A stretch of DNA of 38,041 nt from Candidatus Eiseniibacteriota bacterium (GTDB lineage: Bacteria; Eisenbacteria; RBG-16-71-46). The position numbers and the translations under genes are program-made. Where the stretch lies: contig JANLOX010000205.1 in the NCBI GenBank assembly GCA_031366795.1, positions 1 through 38,041 on the forward strand, read 5' to 3'. The notes beneath the pieces are model-generated. The model ran no database searches and had not been told where the DNA came from. It was given only the letters and a program-made list of their open reading frames with translations. Shown here one piece after another: positions 26,698 to 36,908 of the stretch (within the stretch, counting starts at the first letter, position 1; each line of letters opens with the position of its first letter).

Positions 26698-29600
26698 TCA
26701 GACGCTGTGGCCCGATTCCGCCAGCTCGTCGGAGGACGCGGCGGTGTCGGATGCGGGCGCCGGCTCGTCCAGCGGCTCAACGGTCTGCGTGGCTTCAGCG
26801 ACGGGCTCATGCTGCGGCACGACGGCTTCGACTTCCGCCGCGGGCGCCGGCACCAGCGAGCGCGTATTCGCCTTCGGGGGAGCCGCGTTGGGATCGGCCT
26901 GCGTCCCGTTGGCGCGATCGAAGCGCACCGAGACGAGCTTCGAGACACCGAGCTCCTGCATCGTCACGCCGTAGAGCGCCTCGGCGGCTTCCATCGTCTT
27001 CTTGTTGTGCGTGATGACAACGAACTGCGTCTTGCCCGCGAACCGCTTGAGCATGCGGATGAAGCGGTCGACGTTCGCGTCATCGAGCGGCGCATCGACT
27101 TCGTCGAGCAGGCAGAACGGCGACGGCTTGACCAGGTAGATCGCGAACAGCAACGCGATCGCGGTCAGGGCTCGCTCCCCACCCGACATCAGCGAGATGC
27201 TTTGGAGATGTTTGCCGCGGGGCTTCGCGGCGATCTCGATCTCGCACTCGAGCGGATCCGAGCCCACCGTGCGTAGCTCGGCATCACCGCCCTCGAACAG
27301 CGTCTTGAAGATGTCGCGGAAGTGGACCTCGACCTGGGCGAACGTCTCGACGAACAACTGGCTCGCCGTGATGTTGATCTTCTCAATCGCCTCGAGCAGT
27401 TGGGTGCGCGCCTTGAGCAGGTCTTCGCGCTGCTGCGTCAGGAACATCCAGCGTTCCTTCTTCTTCGCATACTCTTCCAGCGCCAGCAGGTTGACCATGC
27501 CGATGCCACGCAGGCGCGAGCGCGAGGACTCAAGCTCGCGCTCCGCCGCTTCACGGTCGAAGTCGACCGGCGGCGCCTCGGGCGTCCACGCGGCAGGGTC
27601 CATGTCGTACTCGGTCTTCAATCGCTCGTGGGTGCGGTCGAGCTCGGCCTGGCGCTGCACGCGATCCAGCTCAAGCTGGTGCAGCAGTTCGCTCAGCTCC
27701 GCCGTCTCGAAGCGCAGTCCGCGCGAACGCTCCTCGGCTTCCGCGGCCTCGTCCTTCGACTGCGTGAAGCGCTGCTGGAGTTCGGTGACGCGCTCGCGCT
27801 GAACGGTCTCGGACTCGAGCAGGCCATTGAGCCCCGCGCGCAACCCCGTCACCTGCGCCTCGATCTCGGCGCGGCCCTCGAACGACTGGCGCTCGTCGTT
27901 GGCGCGCGTCTCGATGCCGCCCTCGAGCTCGCGCCGCGTCTGCTCGCAGCGCGCCCAGCGCGTCTCCCACTCGACCTCCTCGCGCGACAACGCGAACTGG
28001 CGGTCGCGTAATTCCTGCACGCGCGTCGCGACCGTCTCGCGGCGCGTCTCGGCCGCATGCACCGCGCCGTCCAGCTCGGACAACTGCGCGCGCGCCCGCT
28101 CGACCTCGGCCTGGAACTCGCGCATCTCGGATTCCGCCTGTGCCCGCGCACGCTCCAGCGATTCGGTCTCGAATGACAACGTCTCGATTTCGCGGCGGCG
28201 GTCGGCGACTTCGGTCTCGGCCCACGTGCGCTCGCGCTCGGCGGCCTCGACTTCACGCACCACGGTCTCGACGGCGGTGCGCCGGGTGTCGAGATCGGCG
28301 GTGGCCTGCATGCGCTCGAGCAACGTCTCCTGACGCTTGTCCACCAGCGCGTCGCGCTCGCGGCCCAGCGCCTCGTGGCCCAGTCCCAGCTCGGTGAGCT
28401 GGCCATTCAACGCCCGGATCTCCATCTCACGGTGAAGCAGGCTGCCGGCGCCGGCGGAGCCCGCGCGCACGCGGCCGCGGTCCCACACCTCACCGTCACG
28501 ACTGACGAACCGCAGTCCTTCGTGCTGCTCCGCCAGCTCGGCCGCAGTCCCTGCATCCTCGACGATCACCACGTTGCCCAGCATGCGGTCGATCAGCGTG
28601 CGGTAGGCGTCGTCGCAGCGCACCACTTCGGAGGCCCGCGCCTGGACGCCATGCGCCTGTGGCAGCTCGGGCAGCGCGCGTGACGTGGGCGCGCGGAAGT
28701 CGATCAGCGTGGCGCGGCCCGAACCCATGGAGCGCAGGCGGTCGCGGCCGGCGCGCAGGGCTAAGGGGCCATCCACCAGCACGAACGCCGCGGCCTCCCC
28801 GAGTGCTGCCTCGACGCAATCGATCCTGTCCGCCGGAATCTCGAGCACATCGGCGAGCACACCCACCAGGCCGTGCGCCCGCTCAGGGTCGTGGAACAGC
28901 GACTTCACGCCTTCGGAAACGCCCTCGAAATTACGTTTCAACTCAAGCAGTGTGTTCAACCGCGATTCGGCGGCGGCGATGTTCTGGCGCACGCCACCGA
29001 GTGCTGCCTCCGCTTCACGAATTGCGATGTCGACCGCGTCCACCGCGGCATTCGACTCGATGAGGCGGGCGCGGGATTGTTCGAGCTCGCTCTCGAGCCC
29101 GGCGCGGCGCTCGGCACCCGCGGCCGCAGCCTCCGCGCGCTCAGCCGCGCGCTGCGTCATCTCATCGAGCCGCGTCGAGGTGGCGGCATGGCGCTCGGCG
29201 ATCAGGGCCAGGCGCTCGAGAATGCGTTCCCAGGCGCCGCGCTTGTCGGCTTCGTTCGAGAACAAGTCGAGCGACAGCTGCTTGTGTTCGGAAGCCACGG
29301 TGCGGCTACGGCGCAGCTCCGTCTCGTGCGTCGTCAACTCGGTCTCGTGTTCCGCCAGCTCGCCGCGCACTTCTTCCGTCTGCTGCTGGATCTCGAGGCG
29401 GCGCTCGCCGGCCTCCTGCTCCTGCCCGGTCACTTCCTCGAGCCGCTCGCGCATGCGCGCCGTCTCTGCCGCCGCTTCCTCGGCGCGCCGCCTTAAGCCC
29501 GCTCCGCGCTCCTCGAGCAGGACGATCTGGTGCTCTGCCTGGACGCGCGTTTCTTCGCGGTCTCGCAGGCCACCCTGGGCGATCTGCAGTTCGCGCTCGA

Positions 29601-30435
29601 GTTCGAGCAGCGCGAGCTAGCGGACGTTGAGAACCGCTTCGAGCGTGGCGAGCTACGCGGCGATCCCTTCGCCGCGCACGCTCTCTTCCTGCCAACGCTC
29701 GGCGGCCCCGGCCTCGGCCCGCTTGAGCTCCAGCACACGCCCGCCGGTGTAGCGCAGGTCGAGATCGCGAATACCCTCGCGCAGACGCTGGTACTTGCGC
29801 GCCTTGCCGACCTGCCGCGCCAGCGAGCGCATTTCACGCTCGATCTCGAACACAATGTCGTTCAAGCGCGTGAGGTCGCCTTCGGTGGCCTCGAGCTTGT
29901 TGAGCGTCTCCTTCTTGCGCGCCTTGTACTTGGTGATGCCCGAGGCTTCCTCGAACAGGAAGCGGCGGTGGCCCGAACTGTCGCTCAGCACGTGGTCGAC
30001 CATGCCGCGTTCGATCACGGAATAGGCGTGGCTGCCCATCCCGGTGTCCGACAGCAGGTCACGGATGTCCTTGAGGCGGCAGGGCTGCTTGTTCAGGAAA
30101 TACTCGGAGACGCCCGAGCGGAACACCTTGCGCGACACCAGCACTTCGGCGAACTCCGTCGGCAGGATGCCGCGGTCGTTGCGGAAGGTGATGTGCACTT
30201 CCGCCATGCCGACGGGCTTGCGCGAGGGGCAGCCGTTGAAGATGACGTCTTCCATCGAGCCGCCGCGGAGCTGCTTGGCGCTCTGCTCGCCGAGCACCCA
30301 GCGGATCGCGTCGGATACGTTGGTCTTGCCGCAGCCATTCGGTCCCACGACGCCGGTCATGCCGCTGCCGAACTCGACGAGGGTACGGTCGACGAACGAC
30401 TTGAATCCCTGGATCTCGATCTTCTGGAGGAACAT
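26698..30435 (-). CDS. smc: Chromosome segregation protein SMC; a single frame interrupted by two in-frame TAG codons (29653-29655, 29617-29619)
   Basis: N-terminal 'GFKSF', 'GPNGCGKTN'; hinge 'GLVGVLADVL...EAALGE...GRATLI'; C-terminal 'LMSGGE', 'CLLDEVDAPLD' and 'VVITH'. ORFs 29653..30435 and 26698..29454 are in the same frame, and the gap translates as coiled coil. Confidence 0.93.
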
Positions 30436-30452
30436 CCGTGCTCTCCTTCAAG

Positions 30453-30559
30453 GGCGCCCGAAACGGCCACCAAGGAATGAACCCCGACCGCATGCGCCCA
30501 GTCGCGCATGTGCGGTCGCGGGTCATCCCCTTTTAAGGGTTGGCCGCTTCCCGAACGCC
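30453..30559 (-). promoter_or_regulatory. Long (~107 nt) imperfect RNA hairpin immediately 5' of the smc ribosome-binding site
   Basis: Nested pairings on the minus strand: GGCGUUCG/CGGGCGCC, AAGCGGCCA/UGGCCGUUU, AAGGGGAUGA/UCAUUCCUU, CGACCG/CGGUCG and CAUGCGC/GCGCAUG. Several G-U pairs form only on the minus strand. Confidence 0.6.
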
Positions 30560-30784
30560 TCGCGCGGTGAATCGTGCCGCGCGATCATGTCTCGATTGTC
30601 GAGACGCCGGGTTCTTGATGTACTGCGTGATGACTATGGATGTATTGGGCACCGCATCCCTGACCGGCACCTGCCTGTCGCGGCGTCGGAGGCTGTGAAC
30701 CCCCTGCGTGTGTGACACCGAAACACGGCGAAAGCCGCAGGAACCATCTGCCACTGCACACATTAGCGGCGGTTCGGGGTGCGG

Positions 30785-32290
30785 TCAACGGCTTGTTGCG
30801 GCGCCCTCAAACACGCTCGCCAGCAACCGGATGAGTTCGTCATCCTCACCCGGCAGCAAGGTGCGCGGATCGATCCGCAACGCACCCGCGCGGACCGTGC
30901 CGATCACGGCCGGGACGGCCCGTCGCGCGCGGCGTTCGAACTCCGCGGCTGCCACGTCGCGATGCCGCAGCTCGACGATTCGCCCGCGCAGGCGCTCCAA
31001 CGGCAGCGCTCCCCCACCGACTTCACCCGCCCCGTCGACGACACGAGCCGTCAGGCCGGGCACTTGCTCCATCAACGCCGCCGCGATGCGGTCGGCGCGC
31101 GGCCCCAACTCAGCGGGGCCGAGCTTGAGCATCGCCAGCGCCGGGATCGCCGCCGCGGCACCTGCCGAGTCGGCATACAGTGGCAGGGTGGCCTCGAGCG
31201 CCGCGAGCGCCAGCTTGTCGAGCCGCAGCGCGCGCGCAAGCGGATCCCGGCGCAAGCGGGCGATCCATTTCGCGCCCCCGGCGATCAAGCCTGCCTGGGC
31301 GCCACCGAGCAGTTTGTCGCCTGAGAACGTCACGACGTCGGCGCCATCACGCAGCGCCTCGGCGACCGTCGGTTCGTGTTCGAGCCCAAACGGGGCCAAG
31401 TCCACCATGGCGCCACTGCCCAGGTCCTCGATCAATGGCACGCGATGCTGGTGCGCCAGCCCCGCGAGATCCTCAGGCCTGGGCCGCGCGGTGAAGCCAC
31501 CGATGCGGAAGTTGCTCGGGTGCACGCGCAGTACCGCTCCCACGTCCGTGTGCTTCGCGAACGCCTGCTCGTAGTCCCTCAGGTGTGTGCGGTTCGTGGT
31601 GCCCACCTCGACGAGTTGGGCGCCACTCTTGGCCATGATGTCGGGGATACGGAACGAACCGCCGATCTCGACCAGCTCCCCACGCGAAACGAGCACCTTG
31701 CGGCCCGCGGTCAGACCCGAGAGTGCAAGCAGGATCGCGGCGGCCCCATTGTTGACTGCGAGTGCGGCTTGAGCCCCGGTCAGGCGGGCCAGCCAACGTT
31801 CGACCCCCACGCCGCGATCACCGCGCCGGCCAGAGTCGATCTGGTATTCGAGGCTGCAATAACCACGGGCCGCTTCGATGACCGCTGCGAGCGCCACCTT
31901 AGGCAGTGGTGCGCGCCCGAGGTTGGTGTGCAGCACGACGCCCGTCGCGTTGAGGACACGGCGCATCCCAGTGCGCGCTTCGGCCTCGACGCGGAGCAGG
32001 GCACGAGCCGCGAGTGCTGCGGCGTCCGGGACAGCGGCGGCGCGCGCGGGGGCCGAAGCGGTCGCGGGCGCGCGCGTGGCAGCGGCGGTGCCGTCGCGGG
32101 ATGGCTGGGCACCGCGGGGTTGCACGCGCACGGCAGCGCGCGCGGCGGCCAGTTCGGCGCGCACTGCTTCGACGACAAGCGGGCGCGGGTGCGCGGCGAG
32201 CACCGGTTCGAGAACAGGCTCGCGCAGCACCGCATCGACTGCGGGCAGCGAGCGAAGCGCGGACTTCTGGCGGGTCCTGGGGGCGGTCAT
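30785..32290 (-). CDS. selA: L-seryl-tRNA(Sec) selenium transferase
   Basis: 'LRSLPAVD', 'VLNATGVVLHTNLGRAPL', 'VNNGAAA', 'SRGELVEIGGSFRIPD', 'EVGTTNRTH', the PLP-Lys motif 'FSGDKLLGG', and 'VGGGALP'. Confidence 0.96.
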   Translation of the reverse strand: MTAPRTRQKSALRSLPAVDAVLREPVLEPVLAAHPRPLVVEAVRAELAAARAAVRVQPRGAQPSRDGTAAATRAPATASAPARAAAVPDAAALAARALLRVEAEARTGMRRVLNATGVVLHTNLGRAPLPKVALAAVIEAARGYCSLEYQIDSGRRGDRGVGVERWLARLTGAQAALAVNNGAAAILLALSGLTAGRKVLVSRGELVEIGGSFRIPDIMAKSGAQLVEVGTTNRTHLRDYEQAFAKHTDVGAVLRVHPSNFRIGGFTARPRPEDLAGLAHQHRVPLIEDLGSGAMVDLAPFGLEHEPTVAEALRDGADVVTFSGDKLLGGAQAGLIAGGAKWIARLRRDPLARALRLDKLALAALEATLPLYADSAGAAAAIPALAMLKLGPAELGPRADRIAAALMEQVPGLTARVVDGAGEVGGGALPLERLRGRIVELRHRDVAAAEFERRARRAVPAVIGTVRAGALRIDPRTLLPGEDDELIRLLASVFEGAATSR

Positions 32291-32302
32291 ACCGCCCGCA
32301 GC

Positions 32303-32380
32303 TTACTTCTTAGTACCGCGGCGCATCCACCACAGCGCGCCCAGCACGATCACGACCACGATCAGCAGCACGTTGCGCAT
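32303..32380 (-). CDS. 25-aa single-pass membrane peptide MRNVLLIVVVIVLGALWWMRRGTKK (not in the ORF track)
   Basis: GAAGGGAGA SD-like sequence before ATG 32380; TAA at 32303-32305; GC3-rich codons; fills the tadC-selA gap. Confidence 0.7.
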   Translation of the reverse strand: MRNVLLIVVVIVLGALWWMRRGTKK

Positions 32381-32398
32381 GGCGTTTCTCCCTTCGGG

Positions 32399-33319
32399 CT
32401 AGTTGTTCGTCGCCATGGCCTTCATCAGTTCGAAGGCCGCGGGTCCCAGAATGACGATCAGCAGGGCGGGCAGTACCAAAAAGACGAGCGGGAAGGCCAG
32501 CTTGATGGCGGCCTTGCGGGCCATCTGCTCGGCGCGCTGGCGGCGCTTCACGCGCATGCCTTCGGCGTGCGAGCGCAGGGCAGCGGCGACGCTGGTGCCG
32601 AGCCGGTCCGTCTGGATCAGCATGGCCACCAGGGCGTAAAGATCTTCGACGCCGGTGCGCTGCGCCAGGTTGCGCAACGACTCCGTGCGCGACACACCGG
32701 TCTGCATCTGCTGGTGCACCAGCGCGAACTCATCGGAAATCGCCTTGTTGGCGACGCGCAGTTCGCTCGAGACGCGCTGCAGCGCCGCGGTCATGCCGAG
32801 ACCGGCTTCGACGCACACCACCATCAAGTCGAGCGCGTCCGGCAGGCTGGACATGATCTCGGTGTAGCGCTCCTTCTGCCGCCAGCCCACGTAGACCGTC
32901 GGGATGTAGAACCCGACGCCCGCCCAGATGACCGTCCACAGCAGCGAATTGCCAATGGCGCGGCCCGTCGTGCTGGCGAACACCAGCCACAGCAGCGGGA
33001 GCGCGCAGGCGAGCATCAACTTGGTGCCGAGGAACACGGTGATGGCGGTGGGCGCGCGGAAGCCGGCGCGGATCAATCCGGAACGCAGGGCGTTGCGGCC
33101 ATCTTTGGCGGGCATGAATCCGCCCAGACGCGCCAACAGGTTGAGCAGCAGGGGCGGTTTCTCGCCGTAGCCCGCGCGCGGAGCGGCCCCGGCGGCAGTG
33201 CGCAGTGCGCGCAACCGCAGCGTCATCGGATCCTTTTCCGCAGCCGTCTGCGTCCACGCCGAGTACACGCCGACCGACACCGCCAGCGCGAGCAGAACCG
33301 TAAACACGATGAGGATCAT
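32399..33319 (-). CDS. tadC: Tad pilus platform protein TadC (T2SS F family)
   Basis: 'LPDALDLMVVCVEAGLG', 'LIQTDRLGTSV' and 'KLAFPLVFLVLPALLIVILGPA'. Confidence 0.92.
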   Translation of the reverse strand: MILIVFTVLLALAVSVGVYSAWTQTAAEKDPMTLRLRALRTAAGAAPRAGYGEKPPLLLNLLARLGGFMPAKDGRNALRSGLIRAGFRAPTAITVFLGTKLMLACALPLLWLVFASTTGRAIGNSLLWTVIWAGVGFYIPTVYVGWRQKERYTEIMSSLPDALDLMVVCVEAGLGMTAALQRVSSELRVANKAISDEFALVHQQMQTGVSRTESLRNLAQRTGVEDLYALVAMLIQTDRLGTSVAAALRSHAEGMRVKRRQRAEQMARKAAIKLAFPLVFLVLPALLIVILGPAAFELMKAMATNN

Positions 33320-33323
33320 GGCA

Positions 33324-34280
33324 TCACACTCGAATGTTGACGACGCGGTAGATCACGAGACACCCGGCGAGCTGCATGAGCGCGGCAACCCACAGCGCCG
33401 TGCGGCCGCCCTGCTCCTGCAGCATCGGCTCGAAGTAGTGGGGCGTGACGAGGAAGGTGAACAAGCCGATGCCGATCGGCAGCAGGATCAGCACGACGGC
33501 CGTCATCTTGCCCTGGGCCGTGAAGGTCTGGATGTCGCCGAGCACGCGGAAGCGGTCGCGAATCAGCGCCGCGCTGTTCGTCAGCACTTCGGCGAGGTTA
33601 CCGCCTGTCTCGCGCTGCAGCAGCACGGCCATGACGAAGAACCGCAGTTCCAGCACTTCGACACGCTTAGTCAGGTTGGTGAGTGCCTCGCGCATTTCAA
33701 TGCCGAGCGCCTGCTCCTCGACGGTGATGGCGAACTCGCTGCGCAACGGCTCGGGCGATTCCTCGCTGACGATCTGCAGCGCCGCCGAGAACGACAAACC
33801 AGCGCGCAATCCGCTGACCAGCAGGTCGAGCGCGTCGGGGAATGCCTCGCGGAACGCCGCCATGCGGCGCGCCTTTTTCATCTGCGCGTAGAGCCACGGC
33901 AAGGGTCCAAAGATGCACATGAACAGCAGCCCCGCCAACAGGCCCTTGAACACGATCACGCCGAACAGGTAGCCGCCCATGGCGAACGCCGACATCAGGG
34001 TCACCATCACGCCGGCGCGCAACGACATGCCGGCCTGGTAGAGCAGCAGTTCGAGGCCTTCGCCAAGGTTGATCGCCCGCAAGACGCGGTCGAACCAGGG
34101 GATGGTGCTGTAGCGGACGTCGCGTTCGAGGCCGGGCGTCTGGGTGAAGTCCGTCTTGCCGTCCATTCCCCGGAGACGGTCGGCAAGCGCGCGGGCCCCG
34201 GCGCCGCCGCGTTCGAGCACGACGGCAGCCACCAGCACACCCACCGCCAACGCCAGCAGGATCGAGAAGAGCAGAATCAT
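33324..34280 (-). CDS. tadB: Tad pilus platform protein TadB
   Basis: 'FPDALDLLVSGLRAG', 'LQRETGGNLAEVL' and 'TAQGKMTA'; ATG 34280 overlaps the cpaF stop (ATGA). Confidence 0.92.
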   Translation of the reverse strand: MILLFSILLALAVGVLVAAVVLERGGAGARALADRLRGMDGKTDFTQTPGLERDVRYSTIPWFDRVLRAINLGEGLELLLYQAGMSLRAGVMVTLMSAFAMGGYLFGVIVFKGLLAGLLFMCIFGPLPWLYAQMKKARRMAAFREAFPDALDLLVSGLRAGLSFSAALQIVSEESPEPLRSEFAITVEEQALGIEMREALTNLTKRVEVLELRFFVMAVLLQRETGGNLAEVLTNSAALIRDRFRVLGDIQTFTAQGKMTAVVLILLPIGIGLFTFLVTPHYFEPMLQEQGGRTALWVAALMQLAGCLVIYRVVNIRV

Positions 34281-35653
34281 TTGGAGCCCACTTCCATACG
34301 GCGACCGCGTTCGAACAGCGTGTTTGGGATGTCGATGCCGGCGATCCGGATCCGGTCGACGCACTTGGGCACGATGCCGGTGGCCTCGAAGTGACCCCTG
34401 AGCCTGCCCTCACCGTCGACGCCGGTCTGAACGAAGCGGAAGATTTCCTGCATCGTCACCACGGGCCCTTCCATGCCGAGAAGTTCCTGCACCGACAGGA
34501 TCTTGCGCGTGCCGTCGGGCATGCGCGAAACGTGGACCATCAGTTCGATCGCCGAGGCGACCTGTTCGCGAATCGCGCGGTCCGGCAGGTTGTGGCCAGC
34601 CATCAGCACGAGGTTCTCGAGCCGGTGCAGCGCGTCGCGCGGCCCGTTCGAGTGGATCGTGGTCAACGAACCGTCGTGACCGGTGTTCATGGCCTGGAGC
34701 ATGTCCAGTACTTCCTCGCCACGGACTTCACCGACGACGATACGGTCGGGCCGCATACGCAGGGCGTTGCGCACCAGGTCGCGCTGCGTGATCTGGCCGG
34801 CGCCTTCGATGTTGGGCGGGCGCGTTTCGAGCCGCACGACGTGTGGCTGCTGCAACTGGAGTTCGGCCGAGTCTTCGATGGTTACGATGCGCTCGTTGTT
34901 GCCGATGTAGCGCGACAGAATGTTGAGCAGCGTCGTCTTGCCGGAGCCGGTGCCGCCGGTGACCAGCATGTTGGTCCGCGCGCGCACCGCACCCGTCAGG
35001 AAGTGGGCGACCTCGGGCGTCAGCGTGTGCAGTTCGAGCAGGTCGTCGATCGCCAAAGCGCGACGGCGGAAGCGGCGCACCGAGAGGATCGGACCGTCGA
35101 TCGCCGCCGGCGGGATGATGGCGTTGATACGCGAGCCATCCGGCAACCGGGCGTCGACCAGTGGCGTCGACTCGTCGATGCGGCGGCCGACGCGCGAGAC
35201 GATGCGGTCGATGACCAGCCGCAGGTGCGCGTCGTCGCGGAATGTAACGGACGTCAGTTCCAGCTTGCCCAGGCGCTCGACATACACCTGACGGTAGGTA
35301 TTGACGAGGATATCGCTGATTTCTTCGTCGAGCAGCAGCGGTGTGATCGGCCCGAGATCGAACGTGTCGTGCAACAGCTCGGTGAGAAGCCGTTCTTCGT
35401 CGGAGCGCGTGAGCCGGATCTCCGACTCGCCCAACAGCCGGCGCGCGGCGCGCTCGACCTGCGCGCGACGTTCGTCGTCGTGCAGGCCTTCGAGCATCGA
35501 CAGGTCGAGACTCGAGATCAGCTGGCGGTGCAGGTCGCGCTTGATCTCATGGTAACGGTCGGGCTCGCCGGACGGCTTCGCGTTGAGCATCGAAGTTGCG
35601 GCCTGCACCTGGCCATTGGCGGGTTCACGTCCGAGTCGCATGCGGAGCTTCAT
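34277..35653 (-). CDS. cpaF: Tad pilus assembly ATPase CpaF/TadA
   Basis: 'GGTGSGKTT', 'TIEDSAEL', '[16 protein letters not shown]' and '[13 protein letters not shown]'. Confidence 0.96.
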   Translation of the reverse strand: MKLRMRLGREPANGQVQAATSMLNAKPSGEPDRYHEIKRDLHRQLISSLDLSMLEGLHDDERRAQVERAARRLLGESEIRLTRSDEERLLTELLHDTFDLGPITPLLLDEEISDILVNTYRQVYVERLGKLELTSVTFRDDAHLRLVIDRIVSRVGRRIDESTPLVDARLPDGSRINAIIPPAAIDGPILSVRRFRRRALAIDDLLELHTLTPEVAHFLTGAVRARTNMLVTGGTGSGKTTLLNILSRYIGNNERIVTIEDSAELQLQQPHVVRLETRPPNIEGAGQITQRDLVRNALRMRPDRIVVGEVRGEEVLDMLQAMNTGHDGSLTTIHSNGPRDALHRLENLVLMAGHNLPDRAIREQVASAIELMVHVSRMPDGTRKILSVQELLGMEGPVVTMQEIFRFVQTGVDGEGRLRGHFEATGIVPKCVDRIRIAGIDIPNTLFERGRRMEVGSK

Positions 35654-35656
35654 GGC

Positions 35657-36853
35657 TTATCCTCTCCCGAACAGCCGGAGACGCCGGCGCGGTGTGGCCG
35701 ACTCTTCAGGCGTTTCGCCGTCGACTGCGATCAACCGTTTCGCCAGCGCGTCGATGTCGCGGCCTGCGCGGCTGGCCGGCGTATCGGCGCACAACGGGCG
35801 GCCGAGATTGATGGACTCGCTGACCGCGGCATAGTCATTCGAGATGTTGAACGAAATCGGCATGCCCAGCGTTTCCTCGACTTGGCCCGCGGAGATCGCG
35901 GACTTCTCCGCGCGCCGGTTGACGAGAATGCGAACGCGATCGGGCACGGCGAGATAGTTGAGCTTGTTGAACAGGTCGAGCGAGCGGCGCGCGGCGCGCA
36001 CCGATGGAATGCTGAACTCGACGACCAGCAGGATGGCGCTGGAACGGTCGAAGATCTCGAGCGTGGTGTCGTTGAAGACGTGCGGCGCATCGACCACGAC
36101 GATTTCGTGGGTCGAGCTGACGACTTCGAGAATGCTGCCCGCCTGGTGCGCGGTCATGCCGTCGGCCTGGTCGATCAGGTCCGGCTGCGGCAGGACCATG
36201 ACGCCGCTCGGGTGTTTTGACATCACACTCTGCACGCTCGTCGAATCCATGCGGTCAACACTGAGCAGGTCACTCATCGAGCGCGAGGGCACCACCCCGA
36301 TCATCGAGGCCACGTCGCCCGACTGGTAGTCAAAGTCGACCAGCGCCACCTGGTGATGGGTCGCGCGCTTGAGGCTCAGCGCGAGATTCGTCGCCACAGT
36401 GGTGACGCCAACACCGCCCTTGTTCGAGAACACTGTGATCACGCTGCGCTGCACGCCGCCACCCTGCTTGCGGTGGTGGAGCTGGGCGACGCGCTCGATT
36501 GCCGCGGTGAGTGCTGCGCGATCGAACGGGCGCTTCAGGATTTCCTGCACGCCGGCACGCATCGCCCGCATCAGCAGGTCCGGATTCACGGCATCGACGG
36601 CCGCGAACACCGTGACGTTGGGATCCTCGAGCCGGTACTGCGCAGCCGCCGACAACGCGTCTTCGCCCTGCGCACCGACTTCGAGCACGAGGATGACCGG
36701 ACGGACCTGGTGCGCGAGCGCCATGCCTGAGCGAAGGTCCGGCCGTTCGCCGGCGATCTGGACGCCCGGGATCGTCTCGAGCGCCTGCCGGATCTGCACG
36801 CGCTCGACATCGTTCTTGTGAACGAGGACGACCGTCAGGGAATCTTTCGCCAT
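35657..36853 (-). CDS. cpaE: CpaE/TadZ receiver-like + MinD-like pilus localisation protein (alternative start TTG 36862)
   Basis: Atypical receiver domain ('AMRAGVQEIL'), deviant Walker A 'SNKGGVGVTT', 'ALVDFD'; located between cpaC and cpaF. Confidence 0.88.
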   Translation of the reverse strand: MAKDSLTVVLVHKNDVERVQIRQALETIPGVQIAGERPDLRSGMALAHQVRPVILVLEVGAQGEDALSAAAQYRLEDPNVTVFAAVDAVNPDLLMRAMRAGVQEILKRPFDRAALTAAIERVAQLHHRKQGGGVQRSVITVFSNKGGVGVTTVATNLALSLKRATHHQVALVDFDYQSGDVASMIGVVPSRSMSDLLSVDRMDSTSVQSVMSKHPSGVMVLPQPDLIDQADGMTAHQAGSILEVVSSTHEIVVVDAPHVFNDTTLEIFDRSSAILLVVEFSIPSVRAARRSLDLFNKLNYLAVPDRVRILVNRRAEKSAISAGQVEETLGMPISFNISNDYAAVSESINLGRPLCADTPASRAGRDIDALAKRLIAVDGETPEESATPRRRLRLFGRG

Positions 36854-36908
36854 AGTCTTCAAAGCCTCAGGGGTTGACCGGCGCGCTTGAGCGGGCGCCG
36901 GCGGTTGC

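Noticed and set aside
26698..26700. Selenocysteine UGA at the smc end
   Set aside because: It is in a disordered tail with no redox motif and no SECIS-like hairpin recognised downstream.
30453..30559. SRP RNA (ffs), suggested by the rod shape and proximity to ftsY
   Set aside because: The conserved domain IV motif (CAGG...GNRA...AGCAG) is absent on both strands.
30700..30745. c-di-GMP riboswitch or ribozyme (CGGC-GAAA-GCCG tetraloop within a CCTGCG/CGCAGG stem)
   Set aside because: The other consensus elements are missing, and the GAAA loop reads on the plus strand, opposite to the flanking genes.
30436..30784. tRNA-Sec (selC) next to selA
   Set aside because: No UCA anticodon arm, T-loop or cloverleaf was found in this or the other intergenic regions.
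32020..32140. Ala/Pro/Arg-rich insertion near the SelA N terminus
   Set aside because: It is an in-frame low-complexity linker at a variable position, with no repeat unit or domain signal.
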